Shown piece after piece: positions 8,532 to 16,405 of a stretch of DNA of 63,785 nt. How positions within the stretch are numbered: position 1 is the first letter of the stretch; the number at the start of each line of letters is the position of its first letter. The stretch is from a virus: the IMG/VR virus record IMGVR_UViG_3300044675_006867; one strand, 5' to 3'. The notes under the pieces are model-generated. The model ran no database searches and was not told the DNA's origin. It saw only the letters and a program-made list of their open reading frames with translations. Both the position numbers and the translations under genes were made by a program.

Positions 8532-10199
8532 ATGTCAAATAAAATGATTTTACCAGCCACCTCAGAGGATCGCCGATTATTGGCTTTATATAGCCCCTTA
8601 TTTTTTGATGTTTACTATTGTGGTATGCGCTATGCTAGTCATAGAGAAGCATGGTTAAAAAGCTTTGATAAATATAGAAAGCTAGCCTTAGAGCAGGAGG
8701 ATAAGGCGCGCTTGCTCGTTTTGGCTCCTCGTGATCATGGGAAAACAGAGGTAGGCATCACATATGCACTAAGAGCGATTTGCTTAGATAGAGACATTAG
8801 AATTTTGTGGATTTGTGCAAGTGCTGCACAAGCTGAGAGAAGAATGAAGCGTGTTAAATCCTTGCTACAAAGTCCAAAAATTATTGAGGATTGGGCAAGC
8901 TCACCAGATCAAGGTTGCCCAGCCTTTGAGGGGGGAGATGAATCTTGGACACAAACACAATTATACGTCAAAAGAAATAAGCATAGTGTTGATCCTACAC
9001 TACAGGCAATTGGTGCAGGGGGTGCGATTACAGGGGCACACTTTGATATTATCCTAGCTGATGACTTAGAGGATGATAACACGTGCTACTCAGCATCAGG
9101 ACGAGAGAAAACAAGGCGCTGGTTCAAGGGTACTATTCAACCAATGCTATCAAGAGGCGGGATCATGATTGTTATTGGTACTAGAAAGCATCATGATGAT
9201 CTTTACGGGCATTTGATCACTGATCCCACATTTGCAATTATTGAGAATCCAGCGATTTTACAATGGCCTGATAGATATGACTTTGAAACAAGGGTTATTG
9301 ACGGGAAAGAAATGATAACAGGCGTTAAAATAGAAGGAGAGGCTAAGACGCTATGGCCTGAAGAACGCCCATTTGACTATCTGATTAGAGAGCGTAGATC
9401 GATTGGGGAACAGCTATTTGCAAGGGAATTTTTAAACCAAGTGCAAGATGATAGTGCTGCAGCCTTTAAATGGGAATGGCTACAGCATGCTAAGGCTAGA
9501 GGAAAGCATTTATCTATGTATGAGCTACCAAGCATGGATTTAGATATTGTGCAGGGCTGGGACTTTTCACTTGTTCAAAGTGCAACACAAGCGGAAACCA
9601 AGGACACCGACTATACTGTAGGGACTACATGGGGAAGAGATAGAAAAACAGGTGATCATTATTTGCTAGGCTTATTTAGAAAAAGGGGCTTATCAGTATC
9701 AGAGCTTAGGCACTCAGTTTTAATGGAATATCAGAGGTTTAGGGGCAAGGTTTACGCGGTAGCCGTAGAAAGAAACGCATTTGGTGAAATTCATTTTGTA
9801 GGGCTTCAACAATCAACCGATTTACCGCTAAGACCACATTTAACAACAGGAGCAAAAAAGGCTAGCCCATGGGAAGGAGTCCCCAGCCTGTCAATTTTAT
9901 TTGAGAATCAAAAGGTTATTATTCCAAGCGCTACCATTAAGGATAATGAGCTTACAGCCCCCTTGATTCAAGAGCTTTGGGGACTAGGTAGAGAGAAGCA
10001 TGATGATACCGTTATGTCTCTTTGGATTGCCCATTGTGTGCTAAGAGAAGAGCGCTTTGTTCATCGTGTATCCTTTGGAGATAAGGATTATGCAACCAGT
10101 GAAGAAATTATGCTACTTGAAAAACCAATTGAAGACGAGCCAAGGGGCTTAAATGACGTGCTTGCGTCTTGGGGGGTTGATTTAGAGGATGAAAACTAG
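8532..10199 (+). CDS. terL: Terminase large subunit
   Basis: 555 aa with a Walker A-like LAPRDHGKTE, Walker B ILADDLEDD, GTRKHHDDLY, and a C-terminal nuclease-type acidic region. Confidence 0.8.
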   Translation: MSNKMILPATSEDRRLLALYSPLFFDVYYCGMRYASHREAWLKSFDKYRKLALEQEDKARLLVLAPRDHGKTEVGITYALRAICLDRDIRILWICASAAQAERRMKRVKSLLQSPKIIEDWASSPDQGCPAFEGGDESWTQTQLYVKRNKHSVDPTLQAIGAGGAITGAHFDIILADDLEDDNTCYSASGREKTRRWFKGTIQPMLSRGGIMIVIGTRKHHDDLYGHLITDPTFAIIENPAILQWPDRYDFETRVIDGKEMITGVKIEGEAKTLWPEERPFDYLIRERRSIGEQLFAREFLNQVQDDSAAAFKWEWLQHAKARGKHLSMYELPSMDLDIVQGWDFSLVQSATQAETKDTDYTVGTTWGRDRKTGDHYLLGLFRKRGLSVSELRHSVLMEYQRFRGKVYAVAVERNAFGEIHFVGLQQSTDLPLRPHLTTGAKKASPWEGVPSLSILFENQKVIIPSATIKDNELTAPLIQELWGLGREKHDDTVMSLWIAHCVLREERFVHRVSFGDKDYATSEEIMLLEKPIEDEPRGLNDVLASWGVDLEDEN

Positions 10200-10242
10200 T
10201 TTTATTTTGTCTATTATAAGCCTATGAATAGGAGTATCAAAA

Positions 10243-10554
10243 ATGTTTAGAACATTTACACAAACGACAACAACGGAAGCCGTATTTAGCTATGGTTCCA
10301 CAAAGCAAGACTTCGCTGCTTATCCTATGAATGTACAAGTATCTTGTGCAAATTTAGGGGATGCCACCTTTGACGTTTTAATCTTTTTACCTGGTGAATC
10401 TGATTATAAAACACATGTTGCAGGGGCTACCTCGATTGATACGGTGATGATCGCTGGCAAGGATGCACCATTATTTGAGATGGTCAAGGTTGTTTTAAAC
10501 GGTGCTAGTGCTTCCGTGAATGTTGTTTTAACCTGCTGGGAAAGAGGTATTTAA
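10243..10554 (+). CDS. Hypothetical protein upstream of the tail fibre
   Basis: AGGAG before the ATG. The stop abuts the tail-fibre start. Confidence 0.7.
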   Translation: MFRTFTQTTTTEAVFSYGSTKQDFAAYPMNVQVSCANLGDATFDVLIFLPGESDYKTHVAGATSIDTVMIAGKDAPLFEMVKVVLNGASASVNVVLTCWERGI

Positions 10555-10555
10555 T

Positions 10556-13500
10556 ATGGCTACTCTACCACAAAAAACAGGCGGAATTCCTACAGATGAG
10601 AAAGGCGTGGCTGGTGGTGTTGCTACCTTGGACGGAACAGGTAAAATCCCATTAAGCCAAATCCCTGGGGGGCTTGGCGCGGGTACCGTGGATAGTGTGA
10701 ATGGGGTTAGTCCAGATGTGAACGGCGATGTTGTTATCAGCACAACCAATATTCAAGAGGGAACAAATCTATATTATACACAAGCCCGCTTTACAAGCGC
10801 TTTTACAAGTGCTATTGCTCCTTTAGATGGTCGTGTATCCACACTGGAAGCTGATCTTGCAAGTGAGATCACCGATAGGACAAATGCTGATAGTGCTTTA
10901 GATACACGAGTAACCACTTTAGAGAATGATCTAGCCGATGAGATCACTGATAGAACTAATGCTGATAATGCACTTGATTCAAGATTATCTATTGCGGAAG
11001 CTGATATAGATACGCTCCAAGCGGATGTTTTAGCCTTGACCGCGGGCGTTGATCTTAGAGCACTAGAAGCCGATTTACAACAAGAAATCACTGATAGAAC
11101 CAATGCTGATAATGCACTTGATTTGCGATTGGATGACGTTGAAGCCCACCACTTACATTCAAATTCATACTATGTAAATGATGGCGTAAATGATATTCAA
11201 AGCGTTATTGATTCGATTTCAGGTGGAGGTAGTGCGTATGCTATTTATGTATCAGCAGGCTCTTATGTTGGGGACACAATCACAATTACAGATGCTCCTA
11301 GCGGAATGGTAATCAATGGGCCTTACAATGCAACAGGCGTTCACAAATGCGAATTTCTATCAAGAGGGCTGAGTATTTCAGGGGCAAACACAACAAGAAT
11401 TGTACTTTGTAATATTAACGTTGAAGGTGCTTTATTAATCAGTGATACACAAGGGCGACACTATTTTAAAAATTGCATTTTTGATTCAACTGTGACAATT
11501 AACAATGCTTGCTCAAATTGGGTTGTCTTTGAAGATTGTAGCTTCTCGGGGGGTATTTCTATTGCCTCTACTGTAACAGCTACCGTAAGCTTTGTACGAT
11601 GCACAATGAATAACCAGCTTGTCACCTCGTCAAGAAGTGGTGCAGGTTCCCCTCTTCTGACTATTTTAGCGGAATGTACAAGCGTAAATACATCACAAAC
11701 CAATTTATTATCGAATGTTGCTCTTGTGGGTAGAACAGGGTTTAATAATAACTCTGTAGTACAATATCAAAACATGGATATATATGTTTATGATCTATCC
11801 ACTGGGGCAAGTACAAGCTTTAGCGGTTCTTATACTGAGCTGAGAAATAAACCAAATATTCCCACAAGTACCGATAGTTTAACCGAAGGATCAACAAATC
11901 TATATTTTACAACGGCTAGGGCTAGAGCTTCAATCAGTGCAGGCACTGGTATTTCTATTACGGATGGACAAATATCCACCACCATCACACAATATACTGA
12001 TGCTGATGCTGATGCGCGAATAGCACTTCAAAAAGGTGCTAACAATGGAATTTGTGAATTAGATGCAAATGGGCTTGTGCCTACAAATCATCTTCCTCCT
12101 TTAGCAATCACAGACGTTCATGTAGTAGCCGATGAAACCGCTAGGCTTGCTTTGACTGCACAAGAGGGCGATGTTGCTATACAACAAGATGATTCTAGCT
12201 CTTGGATTTACGATGGTTCAGCATGGGTACAATTCGGTTTAAGTGGAGGCGTGATATCCGTAAACGGACAAACAGGCGTTGTATCATTAGATACAGACGA
12301 CATCACCGAGGGTGGCACAAATCTTTATTATACAGATGCCCGCTTTGATACAAGACTAGGTACAAAAACCACGGACAATCTATCCGAGGGTGCAACAAAT
12401 CTATATTTTACAACGGCTAGGGCTAGGGCTTCGATCAGTGCAGGCACTGGTATTTCTATTACGGATGGACAAATATCCACCACCATCACACAATATACTG
12501 ATGAACAAGCGCGAGATGCAGCAGGTACCGCGCTAGCAAATGGAGTGCATACAGGAATCAGCTTTTTAAACAATGATTCTTTAGATAGAATAGACGCTAC
12601 AGTCTCATTAAGTGGTTTTACAACTGATGATCTATCAGAGGGCGCCACAAATAAATATACTACCGCGTCAAGTGTACGTCCGTTGTTAAGCGCTACAGCT
12701 CCTATTGTGTATACCTCCGCTACAGGTGTTATTTCAACAACCTTGACACAATACACGGATGAGCTTGCGCAAGACGCTGCAGCCTCTTTATTCACAGGTG
12801 GAACACATACAGGCATCACATATACCTATAATGATGCATCTAATAAAATTGATTCTACCGTTAGTATTTCAGGAAATTCGTTAACATGGCCAACAGTGGC
12901 TTTAAGTGCTGGAACTACCGCGGTAGCTGTGGGCAATTATTACTATACCTCTACCACGCTACAAGGTTCTGCACATACATTGACTCCTCCTTCACCTGGC
13001 AAAAATGGTGATGTTATATATGTTCATAATAATGCAGGGAATACTATTAGCTTTGGTACTACCGCGTATTATTTTGATGGGACATACTCAGGAACTGGGC
13101 AAACCTTCACAAGCACTGAAAACGACGTTTTTGTGTTTACTCGTGTGGGAACAGGTAACTCATGGTTTATCAGTAAACAAGTTTCACATGTCCGCGCGGT
13201 TGTTAATTCAATGGCTGGTTCACAAACCACGCAAGCCCCATCAGTATCCGCGATCAAGGCATACTATACCGCGGGGACAAATATCACCATTTCAGATGGT
13301 GTAATCTCTTCAACATCATCAGGTGCATCAAGACCTACATATACTACAGTTTCTTCTTTCCCTTTGACAATATCCGCTCCAGCATCAAGTGTAGTAAAGC
13401 AAAGATACTATTTAAGCAATGGTGCAAGTGCAGTATCCGTTAACTTGCCCGCTGTCGCAACGTGTGATGGCTTGGAATTGACAATCAAATTACTTGGCAC

Positions 13501-13624
13501 TGGTACCGCTACAATTGATGCGAATGGATCAGAGACGATTGACGGTGCATTAACCTTTGCACTTACTTTACAAAACTCATCCATTAATCTTGTTGCCACC
13601 TCTGCAGGATGGAGAATAGAATAA
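10556..13624 (+). CDS. Tail fibre protein, long and repeat-rich
   Basis: 1022 aa. It has three copies of a (L)E.DL..EITDRTNAD.ALD motif and five copies of a TEG.TNLY(Y/F)T.AR module. The composition is Thr/Ser/Gly-rich. Confidence 0.8.
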   Translation: MATLPQKTGGIPTDEKGVAGGVATLDGTGKIPLSQIPGGLGAGTVDSVNGVSPDVNGDVVISTTNIQEGTNLYYTQARFTSAFTSAIAPLDGRVSTLEADLASEITDRTNADSALDTRVTTLENDLADEITDRTNADNALDSRLSIAEADIDTLQADVLALTAGVDLRALEADLQQEITDRTNADNALDLRLDDVEAHHLHSNSYYVNDGVNDIQSVIDSISGGGSAYAIYVSAGSYVGDTITITDAPSGMVINGPYNATGVHKCEFLSRGLSISGANTTRIVLCNINVEGALLISDTQGRHYFKNCIFDSTVTINNACSNWVVFEDCSFSGGISIASTVTATVSFVRCTMNNQLVTSSRSGAGSPLLTILAECTSVNTSQTNLLSNVALVGRTGFNNNSVVQYQNMDIYVYDLSTGASTSFSGSYTELRNKPNIPTSTDSLTEGSTNLYFTTARARASISAGTGISITDGQISTTITQYTDADADARIALQKGANNGICELDANGLVPTNHLPPLAITDVHVVADETARLALTAQEGDVAIQQDDSSSWIYDGSAWVQFGLSGGVISVNGQTGVVSLDTDDITEGGTNLYYTDARFDTRLGTKTTDNLSEGATNLYFTTARARASISAGTGISITDGQISTTITQYTDEQARDAAGTALANGVHTGISFLNNDSLDRIDATVSLSGFTTDDLSEGATNKYTTASSVRPLLSATAPIVYTSATGVISTTLTQYTDELAQDAAASLFTGGTHTGITYTYNDASNKIDSTVSISGNSLTWPTVALSAGTTAVAVGNYYYTSTTLQGSAHTLTPPSPGKNGDVIYVHNNAGNTISFGTTAYYFDGTYSGTGQTFTSTENDVFVFTRVGTGNSWFISKQVSHVRAVVNSMAGSQTTQAPSVSAIKAYYTAGTNITISDGVISSTSSGASRPTYTTVSSFPLTISAPASSVVKQRYYLSNGASAVSVNLPAVATCDGLELTIKLLGTGTATIDANGSETIDGALTFALTLQNSSINLVATSAGWRIE
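11892..12002 (+). repeat. 111-nt intragenic direct repeat, copy 1 (tail fibre)
   Basis: Matches 12393-12503 with only two A/G differences by eye. It encodes TNLYFTTARARASISAGTGISITDGQISTTITQYTD. Confidence 0.9.
12393..12503 (+). repeat. 111-nt intragenic direct repeat, copy 2 (tail fibre)
   Basis: See 11892-12002. Confidence 0.9.
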
Positions 13625-14008
13625 ATGGCATACAATATTGCTAGACAAGTCAGCCCATCTGTTGCGATATGTTCTCTTTCATCGGTAGCTTCAGGCCTGG
13701 CAACAATGACTTTTATAAATGGTGATTTTACTCCTAATATCTTGTTAACTAGCTTAACTTTAGAGGCGGGATATGAATATTTTTTAGTAACATCTCCTGC
13801 TACTACGTCAGCCGTTACAGCTACCTATGAAACGCTAATAGATTCAGTGTCTCAAGGATCATACCCAATCAGAGCAACAACAACAACAAGCGCATTAGAT
13901 GAAAAGTTTGATTCAGTTTTAGCGGATGCCCCCATACTATTCCAAATCAATGCTAGTGAGGCATTAAGTTCAAATTCAAGATTACAAGTTTGGAGGATTC
14001 CGCTATGA
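13625..14008 (+). CDS. Small fibre-associated protein, paralog 1 (C1q/TNF-like jelly-roll suspected)
   Basis: Contains LTLEAGYEYFL and a C-terminal VWRIPL. It is coupled to neighbours by overlapping start/stop codons. Confidence 0.7.
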   Translation: MAYNIARQVSPSVAICSLSSVASGLATMTFINGDFTPNILLTSLTLEAGYEYFLVTSPATTSAVTATYETLIDSVSQGSYPIRATTTTSALDEKFDSVLADAPILFQINASEALSSNSRLQVWRIPL

Positions 14009-14379
14009 GTTATGACCCAAGCCAAGCTATAGGAACGAGAGGAATTCAAATTGATATTAATTCGTCTACGATCTTAAGTGATGATATTACACAACATACT
14101 GAAACAAGTATAAATGCTAAAAATATCTATTTTATAGATGTTAGGCATTATTTTATTACTTCCGCGTCAGTGATTTCATATAGAAATTTTAATGGTTTCT
14201 TGCCTTTTGGCGGTCAGTTTAAGGGGAGAAATAATAGTTCTGGAAGCACTGCTTGCGATGAATCATATTGTGGAGTAAATAGCCGAAATACAGCGTTAAC
14301 GGTTTTTGTCAATACGTCTGGTTCTCCAGCAAGTATTACCACAAACAATTCATTTAAATCTTTTTGGAGAATAAACTAA
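14005..14379 (+). CDS. Small fibre-associated protein, paralog 2
   Basis: The ATG at 14005 (GGAGGA upstream) overlaps the preceding stop (ATGA). The C-terminus is SFWRIN. Confidence 0.65.
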   Translation: MSYDPSQAIGTRGIQIDINSSTILSDDITQHTETSINAKNIYFIDVRHYFITSASVISYRNFNGFLPFGGQFKGRNNSSGSTACDESYCGVNSRNTALTVFVNTSGSPASITTNNSFKSFWRIN

Positions 14380-14885
14380 TGGCATATTTTGGAAATGAAA
14401 AAAAATTATTAATGTCCGTCAGTGCATTATATTCTTCAGGAAATACGCAATCCATAGGAACTACTGAGGCAATTGTATCAATTTTTAATGGGGTTTCACC
14501 AACACAATTGGCTTCATCAATAGGCTATCCAACAATAAGCATTGCAAGCGGTGTATTCACTTTAGAAGCTGGATATAAATATTTAATTGATGCTAGATTT
14601 AAAGTCAGTGATTCAAGTCCCTCAGCAGGTGAATATGTAAGTTATTATTTAGCTGATTCAGGAGCAAATCAAATTTCATCCACTGGAATAACCAATATAA
14701 CTACCGATTCTTCAGCGATTTTAAGTCAAGAACGATGTATTTCATATATCGATGCTTCATCCGAATCGATAACATTTACAGTACGAATGCAAAAAAATGC
14801 GGGTTCTGCTGTTACTTTAAATTCCAATATTGATGCGGGTACCTCTGGTTTTCTTTCATATCTCTTAATTAAGGCATGGAAATGA
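14379..14885 (+). CDS. Small fibre-associated protein, paralog 3 (C1q/TNF-like)
   Basis: The ATG at 14379 overlaps the preceding stop (TAATG). GVFTLEAGYKYLIDARF and the C-terminal GFLSYLLIK resemble the C1q-domain motifs G.F..P..G.Y.F and FSGFLL. Confidence 0.65.
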   Translation: MAYFGNEKKLLMSVSALYSSGNTQSIGTTEAIVSIFNGVSPTQLASSIGYPTISIASGVFTLEAGYKYLIDARFKVSDSSPSAGEYVSYYLADSGANQISSTGITNITTDSSAILSQERCISYIDASSESITFTVRMQKNAGSAVTLNSNIDAGTSGFLSYLLIKAWK

Positions 14886-15157
14886 AATACGGTATCCTCT
14901 TTTTACCAATGCTTCTTTATGCACAGGATGATGACAACCTAGAGCGATATGTATCTAGTGAGATCAGAAGACTACGCATAGAAGCAACGCACCTAAAACA
15001 AGAAAACCAAGAGCTAAGAAACAAAATAGAAGCTTTAAAGGAGAAATTAGATGACTGTGAAGACAAAAACACAAAAGCAAGCGAATATATCACACTTGGA
15101 ACAGCAATCCTTGGATCAATCACTGGTTCAATCTGTGCTTACAAGGGAGTCAATTAA
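14876..15157 (+). CDS. Lysis-cassette membrane protein (signal/anchor, coiled coil, C-terminal TM); holin or spanin candidate
   Basis: Hydrophobic N-terminus (GILFLPMLLYA), a heptad region, and a C-terminal ITLGTAILGSITGSICAY. It overlaps the next gene by 107 nt. Confidence 0.55.
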   Translation: MEMKYGILFLPMLLYAQDDDNLERYVSSEIRRLRIEATHLKQENQELRNKIEALKEKLDDCEDKNTKASEYITLGTAILGSITGSICAYKGVN

Positions 15158-15527
15158 AACCGCCAATTTTAGTATTGAAGAGCTAGAATTTTGTGACAAG
15201 GTACCTGATGCTTTATTAGATAATGCCAAGGCTTTATTAGAGAGCCTACAAGCGCTAAGAGACCATGTACGCTTGCCAATTAGAATCATCCCAGGCGGTG
15301 GCTTTAGAAGTGAGGCTACAAATGCCAAGGTAGGAGGGGCTAAGGCTTCTAAGCACATGCTTTGCCAAGCTTCTGATATTCGTATTACTGGACTAAGCCC
15401 CCATGAAATAGCAAGCACCATTGAACAGCTGATTGATGCTGGTAAAATGAAGCAGGGTGGTCTTGGTATTTATAGCAATTTTGTTCACTATGATATCAGG
15501 GGTGATAAAGCCCGCTGGAATGGATGA
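15051..15527 (+). CDS. Peptidase M15-type endolysin
   Basis: GGGFRS...SKHMLCQASD...GGLGIYSNFVHYDIR matches the zinc-ligand pattern of M15 peptidases (H..G.A.D and H.D). Strong AAGGAG 8 nt before the ATG. Confidence 0.75.
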   Translation: MTVKTKTQKQANISHLEQQSLDQSLVQSVLTRESIKTANFSIEELEFCDKVPDALLDNAKALLESLQALRDHVRLPIRIIPGGGFRSEATNAKVGGAKASKHMLCQASDIRITGLSPHEIASTIEQLIDAGKMKQGGLGIYSNFVHYDIRGDKARWNG

Positions 15528-15810
15528 ATATATGAATACCGATACTATCACATTATCCGTAGCAGGACTTACAACGCTAATCAGCACTCTTTATCCCATT
15601 TACAAGGGCCTGAACGACAAAGAGCGCAGAATGACAATGCTAGAAGAGAAGATTATCAATTTGACAAGTAGACAAGCATCTATTGAGATTGAGCTTAAAA
15701 GCATGGATACTAAGCAGGATCAACTAGCAAGTGAAATCAATGATATCAAGGTAACGCTCGGAAGGATTGAGGAGCGAATAATCACACTACTAAAGAGACA
15801 AAATCACTAG
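15523..15810 (+). CDS. Small membrane plus coiled-coil protein (holin or spanin candidate)
   Basis: The ATG at 15523 overlaps the endolysin stop (ATGGATGA). There is one TM helix (ITLSVAGLTTLISTLYPIY) followed by a coiled coil. Confidence 0.55.
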   Translation, partial: DEYMNTDTITLSVAGLTTLISTLYPIYKGLNDKERRMTMLEEKIINLTSRQASIEIELKSMDTKQDQLASEINDIKVTLGRIEERIITLLKRQNH

Positions 15811-15817
15811 TGGGCTT

Positions 15818-16405
15818 TTAGAGGGGTAGAGAAAGCTGTTCCCCTCTTTTTATACCCATTAAATAAGCATTGGCATCAATTCTTTTTTCAAATACAAGCT
15901 TGGGCTGGGGGTTGCTATAATCCCATTTTTTTGTAGTCCCCCATTTTTTATTAGTTTCATCCTTTACTCTTTCACATGTGAAGCCCTTTGTCATGCCCAC
16001 CTGTGAATATCCTACTCTAAGATATGCTTCTCCAGTCCTAGGGGGCTGTACTAGTGTTTCAATAGCCCTTGGGATATCACCATAACGCACATACCAATCA
16101 ATGATAGCCTGTCTCTCAAAGGCAAGTAGGATTTTACTTGTGATATTTCTACATGGGTAGCCCTCGGCTGGTCGGCGTAGGTGAAAAAAGGTATTACATA
16201 AAATCTCATTTAGATTACTACTTGCTCTTTCGTGTGGAAGGTGAATTGTAGCACTGCCCATAACGATATGTCCATAGTATTTTTTATCATAGTAAATAGC
16301 ATAGCAAATAGACCTTCCTATCAACCCTTTAGGCTGAGTATAATGGACACGCATACAAGCAATAAGCTCAGCATGTGATTTTTTGGTCTCAACAAGCTCC
16401 AGCAT
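15818..16405 (-). CDS. DUF4338-like protein, function unknown
   Basis: HYTQPKGLIGRSICY...CNTFFHLRRP...ITSKILLAFERQAIIDWYVRYGDIPRAIETLV...GEAYLRVGYSQVGMTKG parallels the DUF4338 pattern as I recall it (HYLGY.P..G.qLRY...NNaRFLILPWV...aSrvLal....l..DW..rYGy.PvLlETFV...f.GTcYrAaNW..vG.T.G). Its start overlaps the DNA polymerase stop at 16405. Confidence 0.55.
   Translation of the reverse strand: MLELVETKKSHAELIACMRVHYTQPKGLIGRSICYAIYYDKKYYGHIVMGSATIHLPHERASSNLNEILCNTFFHLRRPAEGYPCRNITSKILLAFERQAIIDWYVRYGDIPRAIETLVQPPRTGEAYLRVGYSQVGMTKGFTCERVKDETNKKWGTTKKWDYSNPQPKLVFEKRIDANAYLMGIKRGEQLSLPL
15820..15851 (+). terminator. Rho-independent terminator closing the plus-strand fibre/lysis block
   Basis: AGAGGGG (15820-15826) pairs with CCCCTCT (15841-15847) and is followed by a T-run. 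It lies within the 3' end of the convergent gene 15818..16405. Confidence 0.6.

Noticed and set aside
12328-12819. Long antisense or nested ORFs in the track. Examples: 12328..12819, 42174..42653, 46317..46745, 53643..54053, 54176..54586, 55430..55840, 34892..35290, 23231..23620, 10774..11103.
   Set aside because: All lie opposite or inside well-supported genes, lack convincing SD sequences, and have low-complexity Ser/Leu/Cys-rich translations typical of shadow ORFs.
10556-13624. Diversity-generating retroelement targeting the tail fibre, given the near-identical repeat pair.
   Set aside because: No reverse transcriptase is present anywhere in the genome. The two copies differ at only two sites, and both lie inside the same ORF.
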